Assembly (NCBI GenBank): GCA_030248215.1
Contig: JASANG010002067.1
Location: forward strand, 124,001-188,000
From: Enoplolaimus lenunculus
Taxonomy: Eukaryota
Length of the DNA stretch: 64,000 nt
Reading direction: 5' to 3'
Position 1 is the first letter of the stretch. Each line of letters begins with the position of its first letter. The notes beneath the pieces are model-generated. The model ran no database searches and had not been told where the DNA came from. It worked only from the letters and a program-made list of their open reading frames with translations. The position numbers were made by a program, and so were the translations under genes. Below are positions 12,769 to 27,250 of the stretch, piece after piece.

Positions 12769-15700
12769 ATGGACAAAACGGAAATAGTTAAACTGTTCGA
12801 ATCTGTGGACTCGTCGGGTGCCGGACAGCTATCGCGAGCAGATCTTGAGCGCTTGTGCCCGGAATTAAGCGACGATGAGCTTCAAATTGTATTCGAACAA
12901 CTTGATGCAAATCAAGACGGCCTAGTGAGCCGGGATGAATTTCTGAGCGGCTTCGCTACCGTTGTTTTGAGCAACAGCGCCGGATCTGAGACAAATTTTG
13001 GTGGTCAAGCGGATGTAGGCATAGGAGACAATCGTAAAGCGGACAACGGGTACGTATCAAGAACTATTGCTGATCGACGAAAAAGTTCAAACGTAGAAAT
13101 ATCAACCGGCTCTTGGAATGTGGATACGGACGAAAAACGAAAAGCGTCACTGGCGGCGTTGTTGAGCAGCGGCCGCAGAAGTCAAAAATCACCACAATCT
13201 CCAGATGGATTCTCAATGTCGGCTTTGGTAAAAGTTTCTAGGACCAGTGGAGAAACGACCTACGAAGGGCTGCCGAACGCTGATGGTGGTCCGAGCAGCG
13301 GTGATACTAGGATTGAACAACTGGCATGGTAAGCACGATGACGTTTTTTGTGTGTGTAACATCGTGCAACTGGAGGTAAAAATACTGAAGCCAAATGCAG
13401 AGGTCGATTTTCTGCCGTGTAACGCCTACGACCAATTAGTAATTGTCTTTCAGCAAATGCACTGCAACAGCTTTATGTGCGATATTTTGAAGCCCTTAAT
13501 TCATTGTTTTACATCCTACGGCCCATGTAAAGTTCAGGCGCGGAACGTTTTTTCTGTGGTACTGCGATAGAGTAAGCCTACGCTTTAGACTATTTTTTGC
13601 CAAGCCTTAGGCTTATGGTGTACCCAAGGCTTACGAACATGTTTTAATACTAGTGTTACAGTCTTGTTCTATACATTGGAGCACGCTACAAACCTAATCA
13701 CTAAGCTGTCAATTGATGTTATAAAATTGAGAATATTATATCCTGGCATAGATTTAAAATTAGTCATGTTTTGACCTTTTGTCTATGCATCAGTTAAATC
13801 GAGCGCCATGTTAAAATTTGTTTTCTACAACCTGTTAGCCAGTTTTTGTGCCTTCGAGAACAAACTGTAAGACTATTAAATTTTCTGGTTGTTAGGCTCA
13901 TGGTAAGCATAGACTCATACTTTGAATCACATAACTTGTTAAATATTAATAGTTTGTAGAAAGTTTTACTATATATGGAAAAGACCTTTGTTAAAATCAG
14001 CGCTTGCTGCAGTAACGCAAAAACTAACTTAATGTTACACTTTTGATAAGTTATTTATTAGATTTTTTTAGCCACGAAGATTTGATTGCACTGTATTCCC
14101 AACTTCAGTCATCTGGTGTGCCAGAAGTGTTGAATAATTTTGAAAAAGTAATCGGAAACATTTTCAAAGAAATCAAGGAGCAACGCGAGCAAACCGAGTT
14201 GCTTCAAAAAAGTTACCAAAAGTGAGTGCAAATAAACATCGGTTTCTACTCGCATACCACTGAGCTGGTTCATTTATCTGGGAGTTTCGATTATTACTGA
14301 CACTTATCGATGCATTATTTGATCTTTTAGTCGTCATTGAAACAGTGTCATGGTCACTGGTGAGTCCAGAAATTTTTGGCGTAAACAAAGAAACTTCGTG
14401 AGTGACGAAAGTAAGAATCGAAACGCAATTTTAGTGGCACAAAAGTGTATATATGTTGTATTGTGAAGACCTTACTATTATTTCATAAAAAATTTTCGCG
14501 GTGGTGATTGCAAATAATATATAATAATATTATTAACATTCAGAGAACGCGAAATGTACAACAAACAAATTACGGAGGTTGAAACTGAATTAGATCAACA
14601 AATTGCTGAAGCGGAAGCGAAAGCCCGAAGAGATGTAAGTATATTTGTCGTTGTCTAATCTGCAATTCAGTCGAGTTCCCAATTGGCCTAGGTCAGTGTC
14701 CATCACCGTGCGTTATCGTGCGCAAATAACTCACGTACGATAACGTATGGTGACGGACGGTGACGTATGGCGGCGCACGGGTGACGCACGGTGACGAACG
14801 ACGCCGGACGTCAAGCATAGCGCAACGCTTAGTGTTTCGCCCCTGTTGTTGAGACGAAACAGCAACGGCTGGTTATTACCACACAACGCATTGGCGTGAT
14901 AATTTTAATTTGGAAAATTTTTGAGTTAATTGCTTTATGAGGAATATTAATTGTGTATTTGTTTTATAGGAACGCGTACGTCTAGAACGAGAAAAAGAAG
15001 CAATGCGTGAAAGTATGGAAATGGAAATCACCGAACTGCAAGCAAACATAAAACGGCTTCAAAAAATGGAAGATGTACTGTCAGAAACATCAGAAAAATC
15101 TCAAAAGTACGGCGAGATCAAAGAAAAGCTCGAATCGATTCGGGAAGAAAATCGACGGCTAAAGACGAGTTTATCCGCGGCTCAAGCCAGCGTTACACTG
15201 GTTAAAGCGGAAATGGCACAGATTCGTCAAGAATACGATGAAAAATGCATGGATTTGCTTGAGTAAGGACGTACCCGCAGGTAGCTTAAGGGAACGGGGT
15301 TCAAACCGTCTAAAATAGTTATCGCACCCATATCGAAAAGCAGAATTCCTGCATACAAAACCTGAAAAAAGTTTACCCACTAACATGTTGGGTTAGTTAC
15401 ATGTTTAAGTAAAATTTTCCCGTCGCGTAGAGAAATGCGGAGGAGCTAAGGTTTTCCGCGGGTGGCACCAAAAAACGATTTAGTTATATTACTAAATGAA
15501 ATATTAGTCAAAGTTGCTATCAGTTTATAGTGCAGTTCTTAGTGCCTAACGCATCTGAAGCCCTCCTTTAGCCAGTGAGATGGAACCCCTTTGTAAGGTA
15601 TTATCGCGATGCACCAGCTGAGCCAAAAAGGAAGATACGCAGTTGTGTACATAATTGTGAAAAAACTAACGAGCGAGTTTAGGCAAGCAAGAACTTTAGT

Positions 15701-18700
15701 AAGCGTTAATAATGCGACGCCTAACGTGAAGTGTGCTGAATGTGTAAAATCTTCGAAATCACATAGCGGTTTATTTTTGCTGTGGGTTCCTAAAGTCCGG
15801 CCCCCAGAGAGATAGTGGGAAAGTAGCCGCGGCACTGGCAAAACTAAAACTCACTACGCCTACGGTGCGTGGAAAATAAGTAATATTGTGTTCTGCCTTT
15901 TAGCGAAAAAGATTCATTAATCGCTGCAATTCAAGAACAAGAACATTACACACAGCAGCTACATTTGCTCCAGTACGTGTTTATGTAACCGTAAATATCT
16001 TTTGTCTTGAACGCATATTTACCACTCCATATTGCCGATAGAGCCAGTTCAGGCACTGGTTGTTTATTCACAACAGCTCAAGCAACTGCTAGCGTTAAAG
16101 TAATCACAGGTTATTGCTTATGCAAGTACTGAAGTAGCTAAGCACAACGACAACACTGCTACGTGCTACCATTCATGAATTAAGCCGAAAGCCAAACTGG
16201 TCTATTTTACTAGCGTTTGTTTAGCCAGTAAATTATCTCGTTTACCGGTAAATGGACTGAAGATGGAACGAATACAACACTCACGCATTTAAGTTCAACT
16301 TAAACTCTTTGCTCAACCAGCAATGATATGCTAACTGTTATGTTTGACTACTAGAGTAAATGTGCAATATAGCAAATAATCCTGTTAAAATTGTTGAGGC
16401 TGAAGCAAAATGCGACACATGCAGGGTTCGTATTGTTTTATATACGGTATTCTCCAAAAGCACGATATTCTCCGGCAGGCATTGTATTGAGTCGCGTTGC
16501 TATAAATTACTTTGACGCGACGCGCGGAGCCACACACGTCCGTATGTCCATACGCGTGGTCGTATTTAAAATTTAATTATTTCAGTAATGCGAATAAAAA
16601 GTTACACGACACTAATGATAGTCTTCGATCGTCAATTGAAACTCGGCAAGCGCTCTGTAAGAAGTACAACTTGGTAAGAAAATGTTGTTTTAAAATACAC
16701 ACAAAACAAGTTTCGTTTAAACACTATCTTAACAACTTGTGAATTATTCAAATCGCTGCAGCTGCGAAGCTGAAGTTTTGCTGAATAAAAACGGTGCGAA
16801 AAATCGTTTTTGATGTTTACAACGGAGGTCGTTATTCTAAATCCTGTAAAAGTATCGTTTTATCCATTCCACAGCAATTTCGGAAGAAGAAATATTCCTG
16901 CTTGGCCTGTTTTTTTTCAGTTAACAGTAACTTACCTTTTATTCGGCGGAACCGTTTCTATTTTAGCGCAGTCCTTCTCCGTTGAGCGGTGATTCGTTGA
17001 GTCCGTCTTCACGTCACGCATCGTACAGTTCGCTGGCAAATGCACTTCATGATGATGGAATTTGTACCGGTGAAGATGTGTAAGTTGATCTTGGTTTGTA
17101 ATCGCTTTAATCTGTCTGCTAAAGCGCGCAGAATGTGTCACCCAGTACACAACATGCGTATAAACGTTTAAAAGTAAATTTAAGCTAAAAATAAACGTTT
17201 GGCTTTTTTCATTTTGAACGCTAATAAAACGGTGCAAATATCGATAAATCTCATTAGTTTTCATTAAGCGATATCTGGCTATCGTTCAGATGATATTCTT
17301 CATTACTAAACGTCAACCTGATACACCAAAAGCACATGTTAACAGCGTTATTTTGGTTTGAAATAACTAGTCCATCAAAGAGCCACTGGTTTTGAGTAAT
17401 AATTTTTATTTCCTAAATTTATCGAGATTACCTGAAACTGGTACTAATTTTGTTTCTGGTCGACATCTAAGAAAGAAATAAGAAGAACGAGATTTGAAAA
17501 TGAGCAATTAATATAGAAACTTTTGAACTACATCTAGACAGATGTCTAGACTTAAGTTCAAATTCGACTTAAGTCCGAGGTATATACTTAAGTAGTGTTT
17601 CGGCAACTCAAGCAATGTTTCAGTGTTCCACGACCGACTAATCTTGCAGTGCCTAAATGGGAACGAAAACCGTCAGCGCTTCATGCAGGAGGCAGCGGTC
17701 TGGACGACGATACCGATAGTGGGCTGGTTTTTGATGGCGGATGCCGAAGGTAAAGTTTAGCAATTCTGCGAGAAACGTCTTTAACGCACATAATGCCGGT
17801 TTTGATCCATTTTCTGTCTGGTTTGAATTGAGCACCAAATTTTTTCTGCACCATAAATAGGGCCATTTTTTGTCTTGCGTGTATGTTTAATTAGAAATTA
17901 GTAACCGCTGTGTGGAATTTAAAATTCACTGGGGCTGCAATTCTTTAGCGAAATTTGAGTAATTATTTAATAGCTTTCGTGTTGTATCAAGAAATTTTTG
18001 ACGAGGAACCGTGTAATATATAAATTTGCTAGAGAGTGACAAATCAAACGCAGCTTTAGTACTAAAATCTTAACACAAATTGTTAGTTTTGTGCCAGTTC
18101 GGTTCGGTATCCGATATTTGTTGGGAGCCATGGTTGGAGACACCCATTGAATCCGTTAGTGTTTAGTATGACAAGAACAGTTTTTGATTCTGATTTTAGT
18201 CTTGATAGCTATAACACTGGATTATCGAGCGTGACGTCACCAAGTAGCCGTGGTGTTACTGAGCGCAGTTTGTATCCGTGTGATCGAATGCCGTCCGAAT
18301 TGTCTGGCTCCGATGACGAATTGGTATGTTTCGAAAGATTAACCTTTAAGGTCGGGACAATTTAAGGTTAATGTATGCGGCGGTGTAACTAAAAAGTTAA
18401 TCGCAATCGTTCTTTTTATAATAGACAAAATTGCCAGCGTTTATATACCTAGCCAAATAACCTAATGCTCGGCATCGTGTGTCGCGGCTACAGCCACCTA
18501 CACACTTATTGAGTGGGTTCTGGGTACATGTGTCCCACAGTGCCCTGCTAAACCGATCAAATGTGTAGTTTCAAAAAAATTACGCCTTCCGCTCAATTCA
18601 GGATAGCAATCACGTTATTCACGCTTTTATTCCTCATGTTAAACGTTTTTTGACGTTTATTAATGTTTTCTCATATGAATATTTTCTAATCCAACTTAAA

Positions 18701-21700
18701 TCTTGTTTTAAGCTTTTATTGGAACCACGGAGCCTGCAGTGGAAGGCGTTTGCCATCATCAGTCAACTATATTAAGAGCTCAACGCTCGAGCCCGCGGGT
18801 GCTCTGACGTCTTGGGGAAATTTTGTTCTACGTTTTCGCGTAGTAGTAGTAGTAGTATTAGTAGTAGTAGTAGTAGTAGTAGTAATAGTAGTAGTAGTGA
18901 TACACAGTGCGTTTGAAAATCAACCCTGTAAATATTATTTTCAAACCTCCTTCGTGCGCATTTATTTTTTACTTAGACTCCGCCAGATACGCCTGACAGT
19001 CGCATGTTATCGCGAGCAAAACAACAACAACAACCACACCAGCATCGTTCTGGGGCAATTAGCGCAGTTGATTATATTCCGCCACTTGAACGAAAGTTAT
19101 CATACGGCTCAAGTGGCGGCGGATCGACCCCAGGACGGCGGCCACACGGCCAACGGCCTCGAAGTCATCATCGAAAAGGAGGAGGATCAGGAAAGACGCG
19201 GTGGTCGACTAATTGTGCGCATACGGATTCTGAATGTGTAAACACAAATGTTTTTGGTATTTTTTCAAGGTTGTAGAATGAAATCATTTGTGGATTTTAT
19301 GTAACTTGTACTTGTTGCTCTTTCCTTTTAGATCGTCTATCTATCATTGCCGCAGGCACGGTACATGCAAGTGAGTACAGTTGCAGGCCTCTGGAGTAGA
19401 AGCGGTAACCAATTTTTATACAAGTAGCTAAGTAAATTCAGTGAAAAAATTTATCAATCCTATCACTGGACAGTGCGTAGCAATGACCTAGTGCAAACTG
19501 CTCAAAAGTCAAATTTGCAAACTCCAACTCTACATTTTAATGGCACGCATGAGATCCATCTCTCTGAATCTGTCATGTTTGACGGCTTAGAATTCAATTT
19601 GAATTTTTGGAAAACTCGATGTTTTCATATCTCATGTGATAAGGTTTCCGTGGAACCCAAAAATCTGTCAAAACATTCAACACTGTTTACAGGTACATCT
19701 AAAAGGAGTATAAGCGTTAAATATATCCCCCAATTTCAAGGGATAGAAAAATACACGCTTTACCGGCGTTTGAATATAACCATCACTCATCTTGGAGTAC
19801 AAAAAAATAATTGCTCGCTACGCTCGTTCGCGAAACCTGTTATCCTTTCACCCGACTATAATGCTGCGTACACCCCTGAGTGTATAAAATATGTGTTTAT
19901 TCCGGATAATATTGCAGGCTAAAGATTCAATCGATGGACCACCAGAGCGTACATTTCGCGTTGTTATGGCTGGAGATGCATCTGTTGGAAAATCTTCGTT
20001 CATCATGCGATTGTGTAAAGGCAAATTTCTCACAAGTATTCCATCAACGCTTGGTAAGGAGACGATTATAATATATACGTAGAAACCAGTGGCGGATCCA
20101 GGATCTCAAAATGGGGGGAATTTCACAGGTAATAAACTTATTTTTGACCAACACACAAACCACGAACTATTGTCACAAAACTGCTATATAATTTTTGTCG
20201 AGATGCAGTTGGGGAGGCCACGGCCGGGTGGCCCGCCCATGAATCCGCCACTGGTAGAAACTGACACTTGTGCCCTTCCGTCAACCTCAAACAAGCTTAT
20301 TATATTTAAGTCTAAGCCAAAGGTTTTTTACTCTCGAATGTGTTTCGATTGAGGCACATAATCTTTCTTAAAAAGTATGTATTAGTAGATCCAATGCGGA
20401 AAATTTTTTCAATGTTTTAACGTTTTGTTGCAATTGGCTTATTAGCACCTTTTCATTAGCCCTCTAATGACACTTCAGTAAAGTAACCGTATAAAACTAA
20501 CAGCTTTTTTATTTTATAGACTGGCTCAAATCCCAACTTACCGGCAAGTATTTACCCGGTTTACCAGATTGCCAGTTTACCCTTGTGGCCTACTGCCTCG
20601 AAAATTTTTCTAAAAACTTTACCGCATGTTGAATCAGACAGCTTAAAGTATGATGTTGTCTGGTAACAGATGTATTAAAATATGATTGAAGCACGACCTC
20701 AAAATACACTCCCGTTAAGTTGTTACGTCTTAACCTGCTTTAATATTTACGCTGATTATCAAAATAGTTTATTTCTTTTGAGGAGTTGATTATCATGTGA
20801 AAACCATTAATGTTGACGGTAAAAACGTAGCAATTCAATTGTGGGATACTGCCGGTCAAGAAAGGTAAACTTACAGTTTATCATTTCACAATTGTATTAT
20901 TCAAAACACGAAGTATTAATTGCTGCATAATTCTTTCGTGCTGTGTATGTAAAAATATCACTAAGAAACTGACCACTGTTCGGCCAGACAGACCAAAACT
21001 TCAATTTGCACGGGTGTATAAAAGTCAATTAATCTGTATTAATTGAAATGTATTGCTATAATCGAAGTGAATTGGTATGATCGAATTGAATGAGAGCTAT
21101 TTAGTTTTGTATTCAGATTTCGAAGTTTGTGCAAAACTTATTTTCGTCGCGCCGATGGTGCAATAATGATGTATGATTGTACAAATGAATCGACATTTTT
21201 AAACGTTCGAAACTGGATGGAAACAATACGGGTATGTTATATTTGGACGAACGCGTTTTTTGTTAATAATTCCCATGTAAGCATATGCCATTTTTTATTA
21301 CATGTTTAATGAAAAATTTTTCAAATAGACACAACAACTTTTTCTATCATGGAGCTTATATGAGGAGCTGAAATAGTAAATATTAACAGTACGGTGTAAA
21401 TGCACACCACAGTGCCTAGCAATTGTTGCATATATGCACAATGTAAAATCTTCACAAAATGTTAGAGTCCCATCGGCTTAAGCTTTTATAGCTGAGTGGT
21501 CGTCGTAAACGTTTTGGACCTGTGAAACTGCGGTTCGTATTCTTCACCTGTGAAGTGCGGTTCTTATTTTTCACTGAATTTATCAGACAAAGTTGAAAAT
21601 ATTCGTTTGAGAAAGGGTTAATGAACAAAATTTCATTTAGTATCTTTAAACGGCGGTCGCGGTTCCAGAGTGGTGGGAAAGGATGTTTCCCGGTCATTAA

Positions 21701-24686
21701 GCATATCGAGAAAAAAATTATAATTTTTGTTGAAGTAGTGAAAATATTTTCACTTTTGTCGTAATATGAACAAGAATCAGTGGCCTAAAAAGAATTCATA
21801 ACCGTTATCTTAATATCATAAAACGAAATCTAAAATCGCTGACAATCGTGCGTACATTTGCAGAATTCTATGTTTTGATATCAGCATAAATAGTACCACC
21901 GCAGGTCCGTAGCTAGGTCACCTTGATAGGAGTGCTAAACATTTCTCAGGAGGGGCATACAAGGGTTCTTTTCAAGGGAAGTGACTCTGAAATTGCAGGC
22001 TAAAGCTCAAGCAAATACCCAAATTTTACAACCTAAGATAAGTCCAAGACATAAACTTAGGTTGGAGGAACCTAAGCTCAACCCGAAATATCCTTGAAGT
22101 TTGATTATTTAAATACAGATCTAAGAATATAAACGGAGCAACTTTTTTACGTACATAAAAGTCGGAAAATTAGTCTTGAATATAACACAACTATTTCTTG
22201 AAGGAAAGAAATTATGTCTTATAAATTGGCAACCGTAATTTCTTAAATATAAGACATTTTTGTTTTAACCATTTAAGACATGAATTTATGAACTGTTTAA
22301 AGCTATTAATGTTTGAACTACAAAACATTTATGTCTTGAAAATCAAAGAATGCAGGAGTTTTGAAATTTCAAGACAATTTATTTTGTGTGTGCCACCGCC
22401 TAGCATCCTGATCCGAATTCTTTACTGCGACTGAGAACTAAAGCTCAAATCAGTTCATTTTGAACCAGATGAACGCGACTAAAACCAGTGTAGACAGTGT
22501 AGATGGGTTCGTTTTTACAGGACAATGCCCCAAAACCAATCCCAGTGATGGTTTGTGGTAATAAAGTGGATGCGAGAATTGGTGCAACAGCAGAAGGCAA
22601 ATCAGTCATATCGACAGATGCGGGTGAAAAATTATCGAAAGTAAAGTTTGAGGAGATGCTGATCAGCTTCTCACTGTAGTAGCCGCTTAGGAATCTAAGG
22701 AGGTATATCGTAGTCATATGTGAATCAGGTGTCAAAACCGTCCTTTGCGATTTTTATTCATTGGTTTCTTCACTCAGTATCAATCTGTAATACAAGTCCA
22801 CGTTTTCAAAAGCCTCTCGTTACGCATATGACCATTCCGCAATAAAGAATTCGATACGATATAACGCAGTGATACAGAATCAGTATTTTGTGACGCCCAA
22901 GACATGCATCCCAACAGCGATCGCATATACGATCAACGGAATGACATATAAAACCAATGTTTTTTGTTTTAAACAATTTAATATAAAAATGCAATTGATT
23001 TCTCGCGTAGCTCGATAGGTTTTCACTATTATATATTGCACGTGCTCCTGTCAGAAGCTTTTGGATTGCGTTTAAATTTTGACAAACCCGTTGTTTGAAT
23101 AAAAATTTCAGTCTTCAATTCGTTTGAATATTAATAGTATTTTAAAGTAAAAAATTTGAGCTTCCCTTCAATGTTAAAATGCCGAAAGTGTGGGACTTTA
23201 CAAGAATTATGACTGACACATTATCTACTATTTGTTTTCAGACTCATGGAAGTTTATTTGCCGAGATTAGTGCCAAAGAAGGAACCAATGTTAGAGGCGC
23301 GTTGCTTGACCTTGCCAGGTATTGTAGTGACCCAAATAAGAGGGGGTCCCAATTTTGAGTCACAATCAATATGAGTCCGTATCCCTAATAAGACTCCGTA
23401 AGCGGATAATGTAAAAAAGAACACATAACGGAGTAACAATTATCTTATTTACCGCTTTCCTGCGACAACTTTCAGACTATAACTATAATGCCCGACAGCT
23501 CGCGCAACTGCATATTTAATATTATCCTACTGCATTGACCCGAATAAGAGGGGAGTAATAAGAGGGGTCCCCTTTTTGAGTCCCGATCAATAGGAGTCCG
23601 TATCCCTAATAAGACTCCGTAAGCGGATAAAGTCCCTAAACTCCAGAGTGCATAAATGTCAATTATCCTAAATTGTATCACACAAATGACTCCAGCACCA
23701 AAACACAGTTGAGTTCGAAAGTTTAAAGCATACTTATTTTTGAAAGTACATTTTTAAGTATAACTTTGCATTATCGCTCAAGGTTTTGATCCAAGACAAA
23801 TAAACGTTTAATTCAACGGATAGTTCCAATACCAGATGTATATCAGTAACGAAGGGTGACGGAGGGAGCGTTGAAAATAAATAGCAGCCCGTAGCCGAAT
23901 AACAGGGGGTACAACTGGAGAGGCCAAATAAATATCAGTCCCTCCTCTTATTCGGGTCACTACAGTAGTAGAACAGTTTAGTTTGTGTTTAATATTGCTA
24001 GTTCAATTGGTCTAAACGAAATACCAAAATTATAAATAATTTATTTTTATGGCAAATATGCTGCAATTGCTTGAATTGAAATTAAAATAAAATTCATCTC
24101 AATAGTGTCTTTTGATTTTTAAGCGCATTCTCTCTTTTTTCTACAACATTTTACTTAGCCAGGTAGCATATTTCCGCGCTTCAGTTGCCTTGATAGTACA
24201 AAAATAAGCATGTTGTAAATTTTTTACGCTTAAATATCAGTTCTCAGGTTTGAGTCATTTTCACAATTCGTCTGCACCCATCATTAATAGTACCAGCAAA
24301 CAACATGCATTTTGCTTGGAGGTTTTATTCAAATACAGGAGCAAATCCTGAACCATTTGATGGGTTCGCAGGTTGGGATCCACAGATCCAGATTGATACT
24401 TTAACGCAGACAATTGACTGGCCCTGTCGGGGCGCGAAGCAGTTTTCAGTATAATTGACAGAAGTTTTTCCTTAGTACTTCAAAGGGGAGTTCACGAGCA
24501 TCGCTGAATCATCATGGATTCGCATCCGATATCAGGTTATATTCATTCGAATTTTTCAGAGAACTACTGGCATCCGAAGATATTGAGGTCACTGAGACAA
24601 GTTTGGTACTAAAACCAACACAGCAAACTTCGACTCGCTCACGATGTTGTGCTTCATCATCATCATCATCGACACCAGCGACGTAA
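12769..24686 (+). CDS. RASEF: RAS and EF-hand domain-containing protein (RASEF/Rab45; rsef-1-like), about 17 coding exons
   Basis: Phase-consistent exons: 12769-13328 (two EF hands, DANQDGLVSRDEF), 14072-14221, 14544-14634, 14970-15262, 15904-15972, 16586-16673 (coiled coil, ANKKLHDTNDSLRS), 16967-17079, 17624-17749, 18200-18323, 18977-19237, 19332-19370, 19918-20053 (GDASVGKS), 20783-20864 (WDTAGQER), 21117-21231, 22521-22640 (GNKVD), 23242-23318 (EISAK), 24560-24686. The linker exons are less certain. Confidence 0.93.
14689..14831. repeat. GC-rich GGTGACG-motif repeat (probable small MITE); relatives at about 26120-26260 and 26297-26410
   Basis: Shared TATGGTGACGGACGG and ACGTC...ATAGCG motifs. 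Confidence 0.55.
18840..18897 (+). repeat. (GTA)n microsatellite in a RASEF intron
   Basis: Directly visible; produces the spurious poly-Val ORF 18750..19241. Confidence 0.95.
20087..20253. mobile_element. hAT-like MITE
   Basis: TIRs CAGTGGCGGAT ... ATCCGCCACTG with a perfect 8-bp TSD GTAGAAAC (20079-20086 and 20254-20261). Related termini occur near 9562, 25497-25510 and 41269. Confidence 0.85.
23322..23965. mobile_element. Tc1/mariner-like MITE (TA-flanked) with a duplicated left end (second start at about 23529)
   Basis: TIR (C/T)TGTAGTGACCC(G/A)AATAAGAGG ... CCTCTTATTCGGGTCACTACAG with TA on both sides. An inverted full copy lies at 42946-43392 and a fragment at about 824-910. Confidence 0.85.
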
Positions 24687-27250
24687 AACTATTTCTGACG
24701 ATCAGCTTTAAGGCTTAAAATAATACGAAAACTTAAACCCATATTTGCAAATGTGTGCAACTCCTGTTGAAAGTTGGCGATAGGTCTTGTAACTTTCGAA
24801 CCACTGAATCATAAGGCATGAAATTCAGCAGATTTTTGCATTTTATTTGTCATACTTACGTACCAATTTAGAGGTCCGCAATTGCAGAGGCTCGCAGTTT
24901 GAAAACATCGTTAACTGAAAATAGGTGCCACACGCATTTCAGGGTATTTGCCTTAGACAAATGCCGAAATATAGCGATTGTGTAACATAGATGCACACAA
25001 GCGGATATATGTATATTGCGCAGTTGTGAGAAAAGCACATACTGTAACCGAGTTGAGTTTGGAGTTAACATACTTCACCTGAGGCTAAAAGTTTTTTGCT
25101 TATTCCGCTCTCTCGGTAAAAATAGATTGATTTGTATCAGCCTACCTCTCTAACTTATAACCCATCCTTTTCTATTCCGCTGAAGATAATTACAATAACC
25201 ATTGGCGGTCTCTAGACGCGCATTCAAAAATTTTTGACGGAGGGGGCGAACCGGCAAATGTTATGAAACACAAAAAATTGTAAGGTAGGAACCTTATCAT
25301 TTTACCACCAAAAAATTTTCTGAGGGTGAAAAATTGTACGGTAGGGACATTATCACAAAAAAATTCTGCGGAAGAAAATGCGATTTTTGCAAAAAAAACT
25401 TTCTAAGTGGAAAAATTTGTAAGGTAGGGAGGGACCTTACCATTTTAACACAAAATATTTCTGACCGGGACGTACGCCTCCCCTCGCCCCCACTATGGAT
25501 CCGCTAGTGGCGGTCCCAGGATTTTTCTTCGGGAGCGGACTTTTACAATTTATTCTTTATATTTTAGATCATGTGATAAGATTGGATTTGTTCTAAGAAT
25601 TTAACTGGTTGTAAAAAGTTTCGGGGTGCGGCCCATCTTCACGCCTCCCCCCTTCGATGTGACCGTCCCTGCAAATAACATCAAATCATTGCTTGTTATT
25701 GTTTACAGACTTTTGTTTCCAATTATATATCGACAAAATGTGAACCATGGAATATCGTTACTTTTTACTGTCCCCGCTAAACAAAGTTCGTCACACACAT
25801 GGGGCACGTGTACCGGTATATAACATAAGCGTAATATTTAGGCTTTGGCTTAGGTTTAGCTCGCTAAGACTTAAACTTGAGCTTAGCCGTAGGTTTAAAA
25901 AATATATTAATTAGTAATGGCGAACTTTTCCTTTTACCCAATTCATAGTATATAAAGTGAAGAAAATTAAACAGGCAACGAAATAGCAATTGTTACGTTG
26001 CTTGTATTAATTGCACTTGGGTTCTACGACGTTATACATATAATAACTGAAGAGCTTCGATACTTTTTACGTCACCGTTCGTACAGAAAGTATAACATTT
26101 TACTACCTTTAATGGGCCAATTTAGGGTTGCATTATGTTTGTTGTACGGAGCCATCCGGCAAAGTTCGGTACTGCGGTATAGTACGTGAATTAGTCACGT
26201 ACAATACTGTATGGTGACGGACGGCACCAGACGTCGTCAGAAGTATAGCGCCAGCCTAAAGGTACCAAAAACTTAGACTTTAAAAACATGGAACAGTTAG
26301 GGTGTGGCTACACTTCGCGTATGGTGCCCTTCGATGACGTCCGTCACCATACAGAACTGATTGCGCTGGTGACGGTCGGCGCCGTACGTCATCAAAAAGT
26401 ATAGCGGCTCACTATGTTAAACAGATTGTTATCGAAACAATTTATATATGTTTTCTTATGTTAAAAATACTGTCAATTACTGTTTCTGTACATGCTGTTA
26501 ACATGACATTTTTGGTTATAATTTGCAAATATAGTCATTGCTTCAGTATATCACGGCAGTACCTTTTTACTTGCAGCTGTAAAAACACGAACAGGATGGA
26601 GTTAAACTCTCAAGTCTACTAATCCTTTCTTAAACAAACTGTCCACCCCTACGCCGTGCAGCCCGACTCTCAAACTGTTTTCATTGCCCGACCTATGTTG
26701 ACATGTATTACCTGTCGGCTGGCATACAATTCAGCGCAATGAATTTACTGTTAATGCGCAATACTAAAGGACAAACATATTCTGACAGATTACAATTGTT
26801 GCCAGGAAACATATAAAAGCGACAAAGCGTTCTTTAAAGGTGCTAAGTTCCACAAGTTTATTAGTATTTGGATTGAAGCTGAAAAACATAGGAAGCTGGA
26901 AAACATTTTTATGTGGTAGCATCTGCAAGATTGTTTCTTAATTTACTTGCAGTAACTCACAACACACAATGTTTACAATACTGAGTTTAAACGGTTCAAC
27001 ACCACTTGAAAACCAGATCTTAGATCCCAACAGGAGTCAAAACCAAAATTTTTGTATTGAGATCCAACGCTACATTTGCGGTTGGCTCCTGTCGTTAGCG
27101 ATTTTTTTCTACTGTTGTACATCGCGTTCCCTTGTCACGAACGACTTGGTTTCGGCACCTGGAGACACAAGAAATGTAGTGTTTTTAAATGTCAGTTTAC
27201 TATAATTTTCGTACCGATTAAAATATCAACGCAAGATATGTGTTATTTTA

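Noticed and set aside
18750..19241. 163-aa ORF with a poly-Val membrane-like stretch
   Set aside because: Poly-Val comes from a (GTA)n microsatellite; the real RASEF exon uses another frame.
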